From an uncultured Rikenellaceae bacterium (GTDB taxonomy: Bacteria > Bacteroidota > Bacteroidia > Bacteroidales > VadinHA17), in assembly GCA_964613785.1 (NCBI GenBank), contig CAZTJT010000007.1:64153-128152 (forward strand): DNA of 64,000 bases. Direction: 5' to 3'. The position numbers were made by a program, and so were the translations under genes. This document shows, piece after piece, positions 36,957 to 46,619 of the stretch. The notes below the pieces were generated by a model. The model saw only the letters and a list, made by a program, of their open reading frames with translations, searched no databases and was not told where the DNA came from. Numbering within the stretch: position 1 is the first letter of the stretch; every line of letters begins with the position of its first letter.

Positions 36957-37604
36957 ATGACAGATTCATTTGAGGCCAAGGGTAAAAGGAAAAAGCTTGT
37001 AGAGGATCTTCGCCGGAAAGGGATCACCGACGAAGAGGTACTGAGAGCTATAAATACTGTACCCCGCCATGCATTTATGGATCCCGCATTCCTTAACCAC
37101 GCTTACATAGATAAGGCATTTCCAATCGCATCGGGACAGACAATTTCACAGCCATACACTGTTGCTGTTCAGACATCCCTTCTACAGGTAAAGAAAAGAG
37201 ATAAGATTCTTGAGATTGGTACCGGATCGGGTTATCAGGCTGCCATACTGGCTGAAATGGGCGCAAGAGTGTACACCATAGAGAGGTTCAGGGAATTGTA
37301 TCTCAAAGCCCAGCGCACTTTATCGCTTCTTGGTTATTCAGCTCATTTCTTCTTTGGTGACGGTTATGAGGGTAAGCCTCAGTACGGCCCTTTTGACGGT
37401 ATAATAATTACTGCAGCTGCTCCCCAGGTCCCTGAAAAACTTCTAAGGCAGCTCAGGATAGGAGGAAGACTGGTGGTACCCGTAGGATCAACTTCATCCC
37501 AGGAAATGACTTTGATTGTAAGAAAGGAAGAGGATAAATTTGATTATACTTACCATGGTTGTTTCGTATTTGTGCCCATGCTCAAAGGTGTTGCAAAAGA
37601 GTAA
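36957..37604 (+). CDS. pcm: Protein-L-isoaspartate O-methyltransferase
   Basis: 215-aa ORF with GQTISQPYTVA and the SAM motif LEIGTGSGYQAA. Confidence 0.9.
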   Translation: MTDSFEAKGKRKKLVEDLRRKGITDEEVLRAINTVPRHAFMDPAFLNHAYIDKAFPIASGQTISQPYTVAVQTSLLQVKKRDKILEIGTGSGYQAAILAEMGARVYTIERFRELYLKAQRTLSLLGYSAHFFFGDGYEGKPQYGPFDGIIITAAAPQVPEKLLRQLRIGGRLVVPVGSTSSQEMTLIVRKEEDKFDYTYHGCFVFVPMLKGVAKE

Positions 37605-37721
37605 TTTATTTACAGGCACATCTTTTGAAATGATATCAGCTATGAAAAAAAATTAAGGAAAAACTGTTGCAAAAGTTTACCTGTCAAACTTAAATAGATT
37701 TAAAATCAAAATTGTTCTAAA

Positions 37722-38363
37722 GTGAAGATATACAGATTGGTTTTCAATCCGATCGAGGAAAATACTTATATTATTGCTGACCCGTCTGGAGATTGTGCAG
37801 TCATCGATTGTGGCTGCTACGACAGATATGAGTCGGATGAGCTGGATATTTTTCTTCAGGATAAAAAGCTGAAGCCGGTATTACTTCTTAATACCCATTG
37901 TCATCTCGATCATCTGTTTGGCAATAAATGGATGCTTGAAAAGTTCGGGATACGTGCCAGATTTAGCCGTGATGATGAATATAACCGGATAGACTCACCG
38001 ATGCATGCCCGGCTTTTCGGGCTCACAATGGATCTTCCTCCCGATCCATTGGAATACCTTGAAGATGGACAGGTGATCCCGCTTGGAATGATAAGATTTA
38101 CAGCTCTGCATGTGCCTGGACATTCATCAGGCAGCCTTGCCTTTTACAGCAGCGACCTGAAGGCAGTTTTTACCGGTGATGCACTTTTTGCCGGCAGTAT
38201 AGGAAGAACAGATCTGCAGGGAGGAGATTTCAAAACACTCATCTCAAGCATACGCAACAAATTATTCACACTACCCGATGAAACAATAGTCTACCCCGGC
38301 CATGGAGAGAGCACAACAATAAAAGCTGAAAAAGAGACAAATCCTTATTTTATCAACAGCTGA
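37722..38363 (+). CDS. MBL-fold metallo-hydrolase (glyoxalase II-like)
   Basis: 213-aa ORF with a GTG start. THCHLDHLFG is the HxHxDH motif, and HVPGHSSGS also fits the fold. Confidence 0.8.
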   Translation: MKIYRLVFNPIEENTYIIADPSGDCAVIDCGCYDRYESDELDIFLQDKKLKPVLLLNTHCHLDHLFGNKWMLEKFGIRARFSRDDEYNRIDSPMHARLFGLTMDLPPDPLEYLEDGQVIPLGMIRFTALHVPGHSSGSLAFYSSDLKAVFTGDALFAGSIGRTDLQGGDFKTLISSIRNKLFTLPDETIVYPGHGESTTIKAEKETNPYFINS

Positions 38364-38401
38364 CCCATCTGGTTTTTTAAATATCTTCTTATTGCTATTT
38401 T

Positions 38402-38509
38402 CGCAGATGAGTTTAGCATAATATCTTTTGAAGGCACCTTTTTTTCAGATTGTAATCTGTCCGGATAATCATCATTCTCCCGCTGATACCACAGATTTGC
38501 GCTGATGAA
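38402..38509. repeat. Degenerate relative of the phased-word elements (CRCWGAT words)
   Basis: CGCAGAT 38402, CGCTGAT 38481, CACAGAT 38490 and CGCTGAT 38500, the last three spaced 9-10 bp. An inverted ATCTGT lies at 38455. The symmetry is weaker than in copies 1-6. Confidence 0.35.
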
Positions 38510-38625
38510 AATGTGTATGTAAAATATTGTCAGTCAACAGGTATCTGTCTTTTATTGTAGTAAAAGAATTTAAGAAGGGAATTTCTACGGATATCACCTT
38601 CAATTGTTAATTAAAAACTAATTAT

Positions 38626-41511
38626 ATGTTATCAGATAAATTTGAGAACAGGCACAATGGCCCTCGCGAATCTGAAATTGCCAGGATGCTGGAATCTGTA
38701 GGGGTAAACTCGCTTGATGATTTAATTGACAAGGCCGTTCCTGCTTCAATCAGGCTTAAGGATCCGTTGAAACTTCCCGCAGCCATGACTGAATTTGAAT
38801 ATCTCAATCATATCAGGCATCTGGGATTAAAGAATAAGCTGTATCGGTCGTTCATCGGACAGGGATATTATGGTGTGGCACCCCTTTCAGTTATAGTAAG
38901 AAATGTCCTTGAAAATCCTTCCTGGTACACCTCATATACACCATATCAGGCTGAAATTTCACAGGGAAGGCTTGAAGCTCTTCTGAATTTCCAGACTATG
39001 ATCATCGATATGACAGGTATGCAGATTGCCAACGCTTCTCTGCTTGATGAATCCACTGCTGCGGCAGAAGCGATGATAATGATGTTCAACGCCCGGTCAA
39101 GGGAAGCTGTTAAATCAGGAATCAACAAATTTTTTGTCAGCAGTGATACTTTCTTTCAGACACTCGATGTCCTGACAACCAGGGCTGAACCGCTTGGCAT
39201 TGAGCTGGTGATTGGAAAGTTTGATGAAGTAATCATCGATAAATCATTTTTTGGGGCATTTGTTCAGTATCCTGCAGCCTCGGGACAGATTGAAGATTAC
39301 CGCGATTTAGCGGGTAAAGTCCATGCAGTCGGGGCGCTTCTTGGTGTGGCAGCAGACCTGATGAGCCTTGCAATTCTCGTTCCTCCGGGTGAGTGGGGAG
39401 CTGACGTGGTGGTTGGTTCAACCCAGCGGTTCGGGTTACCGATGAGTTTCGGCGGACCGCATGCAGGATTCTTTGCAACCAGGGATGAACTGAAACGGAA
39501 CATGCCCGGCAGAATTATAGGTGTCTCGGTGGATGCCCATGGCAACCATGCACTAAGGATGGCGCTTCAGACAAGAGAACAGCATATCAAGCGCGAAAGA
39601 GCCACATCAAATATATGTACTGCACAGGCTCTTCTCGCAACAATGTCGGGAATGTATGCACAATATCATGGACCCGACGGGCTGAAAGTTATCGCAGCTC
39701 ATATCAAGAGAGCAGCATGCACAATCAATGGCATAATTAAGGATCTCGGATACAAACAGGTGAATACCCGCTTCTTTGATACCCTCAGAATCGAGGCTGA
39801 TGATGAATCAACTATGAAAAAAATAAGAAGCCTCGCACTCGAAAGCAGTATCAACTTTTATTATCCGGGCGATAACACCATAATGATAAGTACCGATGAG
39901 ATCACTACTCTTGATGAAGTGAACCTTATCACTTCTATCTTTGCAAAAGCTGCCGGCAGGGCACCAGTTATCTCAGCTTCATTCTGCAGCTGCACTCTTG
40001 TTGATGAGGCGTTTGCAAGAAAATCGGAATTTCTCAGAGCATCTGTATTCAACCGGTATCATAGTGAAACGGAAATGATGAGATATATTAAGATGCTGGA
40101 AAGAAAAGATTTTTCATTGACTCACAGCATGATATCGCTTGGATCATGTACCATGAAGCTGAATCCCGCAAGCTCGATGTTTGCAATGAGCTGGCCCGAA
40201 TTCGGTAATATCCACCCGTTTGTTCCGGCCAACCAGGCTGAAGGATATTATCAGGTTATGAATGAACTGGGTGAGGCCCTGAAAGAAATTACAGGATTTT
40301 CAGCCATAACCTTTCAGCCTAATTCAGGGGCAGCCGGTGAATATACCGGCCTCCTCCTGATAAGGGAATATCATAAAAAAAGGGGAGAAGGAAACAGGAA
40401 TGTCGTTCTGATCCCTTCGTCAGCACATGGGACAAACCCTGCCAGTGCTGTAATGGCTGGTATGCAGGTCGTTGTGGTCGAATGCGATGAGAGAGGTAAT
40501 ATAAGCCTCCATGACCTGAAAACAAAAGCGGAACAGAACCACGAAAAACTTGCCGGATTTATGATAACCTATCCGTCAACCCATGGAGTTTTTGAAGCGG
40601 CTGTTACAGAAATGACCAGGATCATACACAACAACGGAGGATTAGTTTATATGGACGGGGCTAATATGAATGCACAGGTTGGAATTACAAGCCCCGGACA
40701 TATCGGAGCTGACGTGTGCCACCTGAACCTGCATAAAACTTTTGCAATACCACATGGCGGTGGAGGACCGGGAATGGGGCCGGTATTAGTCAATGAAAAG
40801 CTCGCGGAGTTCCTTCCATCACATCCTCTCGTAAAAACCGGTGGCACAAACGGAATAAAAGCAGTGGCTTCAGCTCCTTTCGGAAGCGGACATATTCTGA
40901 CCATATCGCATGCTTACATCAGGATGATGGGCCCGGAAGGCCTTACCCGGGCAACCAAGCTGGCCATTCTGAATGCAAACTATATAGCCGCTTCACTTAA
41001 AGGATGGTACAAAACTCTTTATACAGGCGAAAGTGGATTTGTTGCACATGAAATGATACTGGATTGCAGGAATTTCAAATCTGAAGCAGGAATTACCGAA
41101 TCGGATATCGCAAAACGTCTTATGGATTACGGATTTCATGCTCCCACACTTTCATTTCCGGTTCATGGTACACTAATGGTTGAGCCTACCGAATCGGAAT
41201 CGCTCAGTGAACTTGACAGGTTTGTGGAAGCTATGAAATCAATTTGGGAAGAGATTCAGGAAATAAAGGACGGAAAAGCCGACAAAAATGATAATGTTCT
41301 TCGCAATGCCCCGCATACATGCAGGAATGCTGCTGCAGATAAATGGGAGCATGCTTATGGACGGGAAAAAGCCGCTTTCCCACTAAAATGGATTGCCGAA
41401 AACAAGTTCTGGCCATCAGTGGGAAGGATAGATGACGGCTACGGCGACAGGAACCTGGTCTGTACCTGCGATCCCATCGACTCATACAGGATGGAAACTT
41501 TGAAATTATAA
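38626..41511 (+). CDS. gcvP: Glycine dehydrogenase (decarboxylating), single-chain P protein
   Basis: 961-aa ORF. The PLP-Lys block is NLHKTFAIPHGGGGPG. Full-length P-protein layout. Confidence 0.95.
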   Translation: MLSDKFENRHNGPRESEIARMLESVGVNSLDDLIDKAVPASIRLKDPLKLPAAMTEFEYLNHIRHLGLKNKLYRSFIGQGYYGVAPLSVIVRNVLENPSWYTSYTPYQAEISQGRLEALLNFQTMIIDMTGMQIANASLLDESTAAAEAMIMMFNARSREAVKSGINKFFVSSDTFFQTLDVLTTRAEPLGIELVIGKFDEVIIDKSFFGAFVQYPAASGQIEDYRDLAGKVHAVGALLGVAADLMSLAILVPPGEWGADVVVGSTQRFGLPMSFGGPHAGFFATRDELKRNMPGRIIGVSVDAHGNHALRMALQTREQHIKRERATSNICTAQALLATMSGMYAQYHGPDGLKVIAAHIKRAACTINGIIKDLGYKQVNTRFFDTLRIEADDESTMKKIRSLALESSINFYYPGDNTIMISTDEITTLDEVNLITSIFAKAAGRAPVISASFCSCTLVDEAFARKSEFLRASVFNRYHSETEMMRYIKMLERKDFSLTHSMISLGSCTMKLNPASSMFAMSWPEFGNIHPFVPANQAEGYYQVMNELGEALKEITGFSAITFQPNSGAAGEYTGLLLIREYHKKRGEGNRNVVLIPSSAHGTNPASAVMAGMQVVVVECDERGNISLHDLKTKAEQNHEKLAGFMITYPSTHGVFEAAVTEMTRIIHNNGGLVYMDGANMNAQVGITSPGHIGADVCHLNLHKTFAIPHGGGGPGMGPVLVNEKLAEFLPSHPLVKTGGTNGIKAVASAPFGSGHILTISHAYIRMMGPEGLTRATKLAILNANYIAASLKGWYKTLYTGESGFVAHEMILDCRNFKSEAGITESDIAKRLMDYGFHAPTLSFPVHGTLMVEPTESESLSELDRFVEAMKSIWEEIQEIKDGKADKNDNVLRNAPHTCRNAAADKWEHAYGREKAAFPLKWIAENKFWPSVGRIDDGYGDRNLVCTCDPIDSYRMETLKL

Positions 41512-41513
41512 TA

Positions 41514-42545
41514 ATGCGGAACTCTTCCTGGAATGACCTAGTGGCACTGATTGACGGAAAAAAACTGAATTACCGCCCTGCAGGTTTCATCATCGACAGC
41601 CCCTGGATACCAGGCTGGTATGGTATCTCAAAGCTTGATTACTATACATCCGACAACCTGTGGTTCGAATCAAATCTGGCAGCCGCACTGCGATTCCCTG
41701 ATTTGTGGTTCATGCCGGGTTTCTGGCCGGAGTATGGAATGTGTACTGAACCGTCAGCTTTCGGATCGAGAATGATCTTTACGGAGAAAAACCTTCCTCA
41801 TGCCGAAAAAATTTTATACGATATTTCTGAAGTTGGCAGGTTGCCTCAACCTGATGTCAGGTCCGACGGAATGCTTCCGTTTGTTATTAACAGACTTAAA
41901 AACTGTGAAAAAGCTATCGGGGATGCTGATCACCAGGTAAGATTTGCCGTTTCAAGGGGACCATTCAACATAGCCGGCTTCCTTATGGGAACAACTGAGT
42001 TCATGACAGCTGTTGCCATTGATCAGGAAAACACTCACCGACTGCTAAAGAGGATCACTGATTTCATATGCGACTGGCTTTCATGGCAGAAGGAATGCTT
42101 CCCCTCAATCGATGCTGTTCTTGTTCTGGATGATTTAATAGGTTTTGTCGGAGAAGCTGAATTCAGTGAATTTGTGACCCCGTACTTTAAAAAGATATTT
42201 GATTCAATAGGATCAAAAGTCCGGTTCCTTCACAATGATGCCGATGGACTGATTACCGCCCGAAATCTTTCAAGCATGGGAGTCAATATGTTCAATTTTT
42301 CATTTAATCATTCCATGGGGGAGATCCGTGAGCTTGCAGGACCTGATACATTGCTCGTGGGAAATATCCCGCCAAGAGATGTACTGGCCGCCGGAACTAC
42401 TGAAGATGTGAGGAAGTCTGTAAACAAGGCTTTTGATGAAATACAGGATCATGACCGGATAATATGGTCAGCGGGAGGAGGGATGCCTCCGGATGTAAAC
42501 GACAGAAACATCGAGGCTTTCGTTAATGCTGTTAAGGCATTGTAA
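41514..42545 (+). CDS. Uroporphyrinogen decarboxylase (URO-D/MtaA-like) family protein
   Basis: 343-aa ORF starting 2 nt after the gcvP stop (TAATAATG). The overall pattern fits URO-D-fold proteins. Substrate unknown. Confidence 0.7.
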   Translation: MRNSSWNDLVALIDGKKLNYRPAGFIIDSPWIPGWYGISKLDYYTSDNLWFESNLAAALRFPDLWFMPGFWPEYGMCTEPSAFGSRMIFTEKNLPHAEKILYDISEVGRLPQPDVRSDGMLPFVINRLKNCEKAIGDADHQVRFAVSRGPFNIAGFLMGTTEFMTAVAIDQENTHRLLKRITDFICDWLSWQKECFPSIDAVLVLDDLIGFVGEAEFSEFVTPYFKKIFDSIGSKVRFLHNDADGLITARNLSSMGVNMFNFSFNHSMGEIRELAGPDTLLVGNIPPRDVLAAGTTEDVRKSVNKAFDEIQDHDRIIWSAGGGMPPDVNDRNIEAFVNAVKAL

Positions 42546-42630
42546 AAAGTGCCTAAAGTGCCTAAAGTACTTATAGTTAGATGAATTTTAACTTTAAGTA
42601 CTCCACACTTTAGCTCACTTCAAACTTTTT
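42546..42630. repeat. 9-bp tandem word array with an inverted partner arm
   Basis: AAAGTGCCT 42546-42554, AAAGTGCCT 42555-42563 and AAAGTACTT 42564-72 start immediately after the URO-D-family stop. The downstream arm holds the inverted words ACTTTAAGT, CACACTTTAG and CTCACTTCAAACTTT (42591-42627). Confidence 0.7.
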
Positions 42631-42685
42631 AATAACTTAGTCTCTTTATTCTCCAAAATTTGTAATTACAAAAAGTAACCTGACA

Positions 42686-44089
42686 ATGAGCAAGTATCTA
42701 TCAATAATTCTGGCTGTCATGCTAATAATATCATCATGTGGTCCGGGTGGATCAGGAAGGCATAAAAGTGAAAAATTAAAAGTTGCTTCCGGCAGTAGTT
42801 ATCCTGTTCAGCTTATAACCGTCGATCCGGGTCATTTCCATGCCGCCCTGGTACAGAAATCAATGTTCCCACAGGTTTCACCCGTAGTTCATGTTTATGC
42901 TCCCGACGGACCGGATGTGCAGCAACATCTCATCAGGATAGCTTCATATAACAACAGGACAGTCGATCCGACTTCGTGGAATGAAATTGTTTACAAAGGC
43001 GACGATTTTTTTGAAAAGATGCTTTCGGAGAAGCCCGGTAACGCAGTAGTTCTGTCGGGTAACAACAAAAAGAAAGCAGAATATATTTTACGTTCAATAG
43101 AGGCAGGGCTTAACGTTCTGGCTGATAAACCCATGATAATATTCCCTGAAGATTTTCCCAGTCTCGAAAAAGCTTTTCAGCTTGCAGAAGAGAAAGGGGT
43201 TCTGCTATATGATATTATGACGGAAAGGTTTGAGATTACCACAATCCTTCAGAAGATGCTTTCACAGAATGAGACAGTTTTTGGTAAACTGACAACCGGA
43301 TCTAAGAACGACCCTGCGGTATCAAAAATAAGCGTGCACCATTTCTCGAAACTGGTCTCGGGATCACCTCTCATACGCCCGGCATGGTTTTTTGATGTTT
43401 CACAACAGGGTGACGGAATAGTTGATGTGACAACTCACCTGGTCGATCTTATCCAGTGGGCCTGTTTCCCCGACCAGATACTCAATCCTCAGGATGTGAG
43501 CATGGTATCGGCAAGAAGATGGCCCACAGTACTTACAAAAGACCAGTTCAGGGGTGTAACAGGTATTGAAGATTTTCCCGAATTCCTGCAAAAAGATGTC
43601 AGAGATGGCAAACTTAATGTTTATGCTAATGGCGAAATGATATATCAAATCAAAGGTGTATGGGCAAAAGTTTCAGTTGAATGGCACTACCAGGCACCTC
43701 CCGGAGGAGGAGATACCCATTATTCAGTTATGAAAGGCTCACTATGTGATCTTGTAATCAAACAGGGCGCGGACGAGAAATTCATACCGACACTGTATAT
43801 CGAAAACATTAAAGGCAGGGATATGGAGACCTTCAAGATTGATCTAATGGAGGTGCTTAACTCATTGCCATACGACAGTATTGGTGTTGAGACCTTTGGA
43901 AAATCGACTGTAAAGATCAGTATACCTGATAAATACAGGGTATCGCACGAAGAGCATTTCGGACAGGTGGCATCCAAATTCCTTCAATATCTCAACGAAG
44001 GAAGCCTTCCTTACTGGGAAGTACCTGGCATGATCACCAAATACTATACCACCACCAGCGCACTGAAGATGGCAATGGGTAATCAGTAG
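42686..44089 (+). CDS. Lipoprotein of the putative-oxidoreductase (Gfo/Idh/MocA-related, Oxidoreduct_C-type) family
   Basis: 467-aa ORF with lipobox LIISSC. ITVDPGHFHAALVQ and LADKPM blocks are as in Bacteroides putative oxidoreductase C-terminal domain proteins. Confidence 0.6.
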   Translation: MSKYLSIILAVMLIISSCGPGGSGRHKSEKLKVASGSSYPVQLITVDPGHFHAALVQKSMFPQVSPVVHVYAPDGPDVQQHLIRIASYNNRTVDPTSWNEIVYKGDDFFEKMLSEKPGNAVVLSGNNKKKAEYILRSIEAGLNVLADKPMIIFPEDFPSLEKAFQLAEEKGVLLYDIMTERFEITTILQKMLSQNETVFGKLTTGSKNDPAVSKISVHHFSKLVSGSPLIRPAWFFDVSQQGDGIVDVTTHLVDLIQWACFPDQILNPQDVSMVSARRWPTVLTKDQFRGVTGIEDFPEFLQKDVRDGKLNVYANGEMIYQIKGVWAKVSVEWHYQAPPGGGDTHYSVMKGSLCDLVIKQGADEKFIPTLYIENIKGRDMETFKIDLMEVLNSLPYDSIGVETFGKSTVKISIPDKYRVSHEEHFGQVASKFLQYLNEGSLPYWEVPGMITKYYTTTSALKMAMGNQ

Positions 44090-44148
44090 ATAAGACAGGT
44101 CCCGGAATTATGAGCTTTTCCTTTGAATTGTCTATGATGGCCGTATAG

Positions 44149-45120
44149 CTAAACGAACAGGTCTTCTATTATCATCGTATAAATGTCAAGCAGGTCTATT
44201 CCTGCAGCCTCCACCTGTTTAGGGATAAGGCTTTCCATTGTCATCCCGGGTACTGTATTTATCTCAAGAAACCATGGCTCTTCATCTGTAATGATAAAGT
44301 CTACCCTGACAATCCCTTTGCATCCCAGCAGATCATAGATCCTAGAACTGAGGTCCTGTATCTTTCCGGTCATTTCTGCACTGAGTTGTGCGGGGGTTAC
44401 TTCATCAGACTTTCCCGGAGTATATTTTGCCTCGTAATCGAAGAACTCATTTTTGCTGATTATTTCGCTGACCGGAAGTATCACTGACTTTTTTGAAGTT
44501 TTAACAACTCCGCAAGCCACCTCCCTGCCTTTCATGAATGCCTCGGCCATGACCTCATTGCTTTCTTCAAATGCCTTCTTTATTGCAGTCATGATCTCTT
44601 CTTCAGATTTAACTTTCGTCACTCCGAAGCTTGAACCACTATCGTTCGGTTTAATAAAACACGGAAGGCCTATATTGTTTACTATTTCTTCAGGATCAAT
44701 TTCATCATTACGACGAAGAAGAATTGCCCTGGCCATCATGATCCCATACTCTTTGAGGTAAAGCTTGCACGCCTGTTTGTTGAACGTAAGTGCCGAACAG
44801 AAAGCATTGCAGCTGGTATATGGGATCTGGAGCATGTCGAAATATCCCTGCAGGAGTCCGTTTTCGCCGGGAGAACCATGAATAGCAATAAAAACAGCAT
44901 CGAACCTGATCCTTTCGTTATCAAGCCTGAGAGTGAAATCATTTTTATCGATGCCGAAGCAACGACCTTTACTGTCTTCCCAATACCAGTTTGTCCCCCT
45001 TATCATAATTATATAAGCAGAATATGACCGGCTTAGTACTTTATGGGCTTCAATGGCGCTCTTTACTGATATCCCGTATTCAGAAGAATTTCCTCCGGCT
45101 ACTATGGCGATTGTCCTCAT
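44149..45120 (-). CDS. ddl: D-alanine--D-alanine ligase
   Basis: 323-aa ORF. N-terminus IAIVAGGNSSEYGISV, HGSPGENG, and ATP-grasp C-terminus ARVDF...EINTVPGMT. Confidence 0.9.
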   Translation of the reverse strand: MRTIAIVAGGNSSEYGISVKSAIEAHKVLSRSYSAYIIMIRGTNWYWEDSKGRCFGIDKNDFTLRLDNERIRFDAVFIAIHGSPGENGLLQGYFDMLQIPYTSCNAFCSALTFNKQACKLYLKEYGIMMARAILLRRNDEIDPEEIVNNIGLPCFIKPNDSGSSFGVTKVKSEEEIMTAIKKAFEESNEVMAEAFMKGREVACGVVKTSKKSVILPVSEIISKNEFFDYEAKYTPGKSDEVTPAQLSAEMTGKIQDLSSRIYDLLGCKGIVRVDFIITDEEPWFLEINTVPGMTMESLIPKQVEAAGIDLLDIYTMIIEDLFV

Positions 45121-45137
45121 TTGTTTAAAATAAATTC

Positions 45138-45145
45138 CAAAAATA
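45138..45145 (-). promoter_or_regulatory. Candidate -7 box TATTTTTG for ddl
   Basis: The reverse complement of CAAAAATA matches TAnnTTTG, 18 nt upstream of the ddl ATG. Confidence 0.4.
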
Positions 45146-45187
45146 CATATTTATGTCTGGATTGTAATTCGTGAAAAGAAATAAAAA

Positions 45188-45235
45188 GAGGTCTTTTAAG
45201 GAGTCTTTTAAAGAGTCTTTTAAGGAGTCTTTTTT
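45188..45235. repeat. Four tandem 12-mers (GAGTCTTTTAAR)
   Basis: GAGGTCTTTTAA GGAGTCTTTTAA AGAGTCTTTTAA GGAGTCTTTTTT, read directly. A further partial unit TAGTCTTTTT lies at 45254. The array sits in the ddl/lemA divergent intergenic region. Confidence 0.85.
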
Positions 45236-45507
45236 TCGACTTCGATGTTCATTAGTCTTTTTCTCGACAAATTAAACGAGGGGCATCGTACTCTAGTCGC
45301 ATGGATCAGTGTGTCAGGATATTATTCCCGCTGTTCGTTACATCGTACCTAAAACATTGAAAATCAAGAATAAATCAGATTCACGCATCCCTGGTCGCGG
45401 GGACGCAAATATTCTCAGATATAGCTGTTCTCTACTCCAATTGAACCCATAGGCATTTCATTATAAAAATCTGAAACATCGGTAATATCGTATTTATCAA
45501 TAATAAT

Positions 45508-45515
45508 TACCTTTG
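45508..45515 (+). promoter_or_regulatory. Candidate Bacteroidota -7 promoter box TACCTTTG for lemA
   Basis: Matches the TAnnTTTG consensus of Bacteroidota sigma-A promoters, 23 nt upstream of the lemA ATG. Confidence 0.4.
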
Positions 45516-45537
45516 ATCAAATTTAAACAAGACTGAA

Positions 45538-46140
45538 ATGAAAAAAGGTTGTTTGATATGGCTCATAATCGGTGCTTTTCTGGCACTTGTAGCAATAGGA
45601 CTTGTGTCGTGGGGCACTAGAGTATATAATCAGATGGTTACTCTTCAGGAGAGCGTTACCAGTCAGTGGGGTAATGTAGAGACCCAATATCAGCGAAGGG
45701 CTGATCTTATCCCCAACTTTGTTAATACCGTTAAGGGTGCTGCTCAGTTTGAGCAGGAGACTCTTACCAGGGTTATTGAAGCAAGGGCTAAGGCTTCGCA
45801 GGTAACTATTGATCCGACCAATATGACTGCCGAGAATATTCAGCAGTTTCAGGCAGCTCAGGGAGAACTGAGTTCCGCTCTTTCGAGGCTGCTGGTTGTT
45901 ATTGAGAAATATCCCGAACTGAAGGCGACTCAGAATTTCCGTGACCTTCAGGTTGAGCTGGAAGGTACAGAGAACAGGATATCGGTTGAACGCAGAAAAT
46001 TCAACGAGGTTGCACAGTCATTCAATACTTATATAAAAAGGTTTCCACAGAATTTCCTTGCAGGAATGTTCGGTTTTACTGCCAAGCCTTATTTTGAAGC
46101 CATGGAAGGCGCTGAAAAAGCACCACAGGTTCAGTTTTAA
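45538..46140 (+). CDS. lemA: LemA family membrane protein
   Basis: 200-aa ORF with an N-terminal TM helix. QYQRRADLIPNFV and ENRISVERRKFNE are LemA blocks. Confidence 0.85.
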   Translation: MKKGCLIWLIIGAFLALVAIGLVSWGTRVYNQMVTLQESVTSQWGNVETQYQRRADLIPNFVNTVKGAAQFEQETLTRVIEARAKASQVTIDPTNMTAENIQQFQAAQGELSSALSRLLVVIEKYPELKATQNFRDLQVELEGTENRISVERRKFNEVAQSFNTYIKRFPQNFLAGMFGFTAKPYFEAMEGAEKAPQVQF

Positions 46141-46619
46141 TGCACTTAAATAAGATGGAAATAAAAGCTTCGACGTTCTTCACAAAAGAACAGCAGGAGC
46201 AGATCCGTGATGCTATCAAAAAGGCGGAAAATGAAACATCCGGTGAGATAAGGGTTCACATCGAGACCAGTTTCAAGGGAAGTGTTTTGGACAGGGCTTC
46301 GTGGATCTTTAGAAGGATCGGGATGCATGCCACTGAGAACCACAACGGAGTCTTGTTTTACCTTGCTGTAAGGAATCGGGAATTTGCGATAATTGGCGAC
46401 AGTGGCATCAACTCGAAGGTCCCTGATGATTTCTGGAACTCGATTAAGGAAGTTGTAGGCAGGCATTTCAGTGATGGTAAATTTACAGAGGGACTGATTG
46501 AAGGCATAGTTATGACAGGAAATCAGCTCAGAGAGCATTTCCCTCATAAGCGTGATGACATAAATGAACTATCAGATGAGATCTCGTTTGATGAACCGGA
46601 ACAACCACCTATATTATGA
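46140..46619 (+). CDS. TPM-domain protein
   Basis: 159-aa ORF whose ATG overlaps the lemA stop (TAATG). An alternative ATG lies at 46155. TSGEIRVHIE and GVLFYLAVRNREFAIIGD are TPM (TLP18.3/Psb32/MOLO-1) blocks. Confidence 0.75.
   Translation: MHLNKMEIKASTFFTKEQQEQIRDAIKKAENETSGEIRVHIETSFKGSVLDRASWIFRRIGMHATENHNGVLFYLAVRNREFAIIGDSGINSKVPDDFWNSIKEVVGRHFSDGKFTEGLIEGIVMTGNQLREHFPHKRDDINELSDEISFDEPEQPPIL

Noticed and set aside
38364-38625. Possible glycine riboswitch upstream of gcvP
   Set aside because: I looked for the conserved glycine-aptamer cores (GGAGAG ... CACCG ... GGGGCAA-type segments) and found none. The region instead holds a degenerate word-repeat and AT-rich sequence.
44090-44148. 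Terminator hairpin between the convergent oxidoreductase-like gene and ddl
   Set aside because: I found no stem of 6 bp or more followed by a T-run on either strand.
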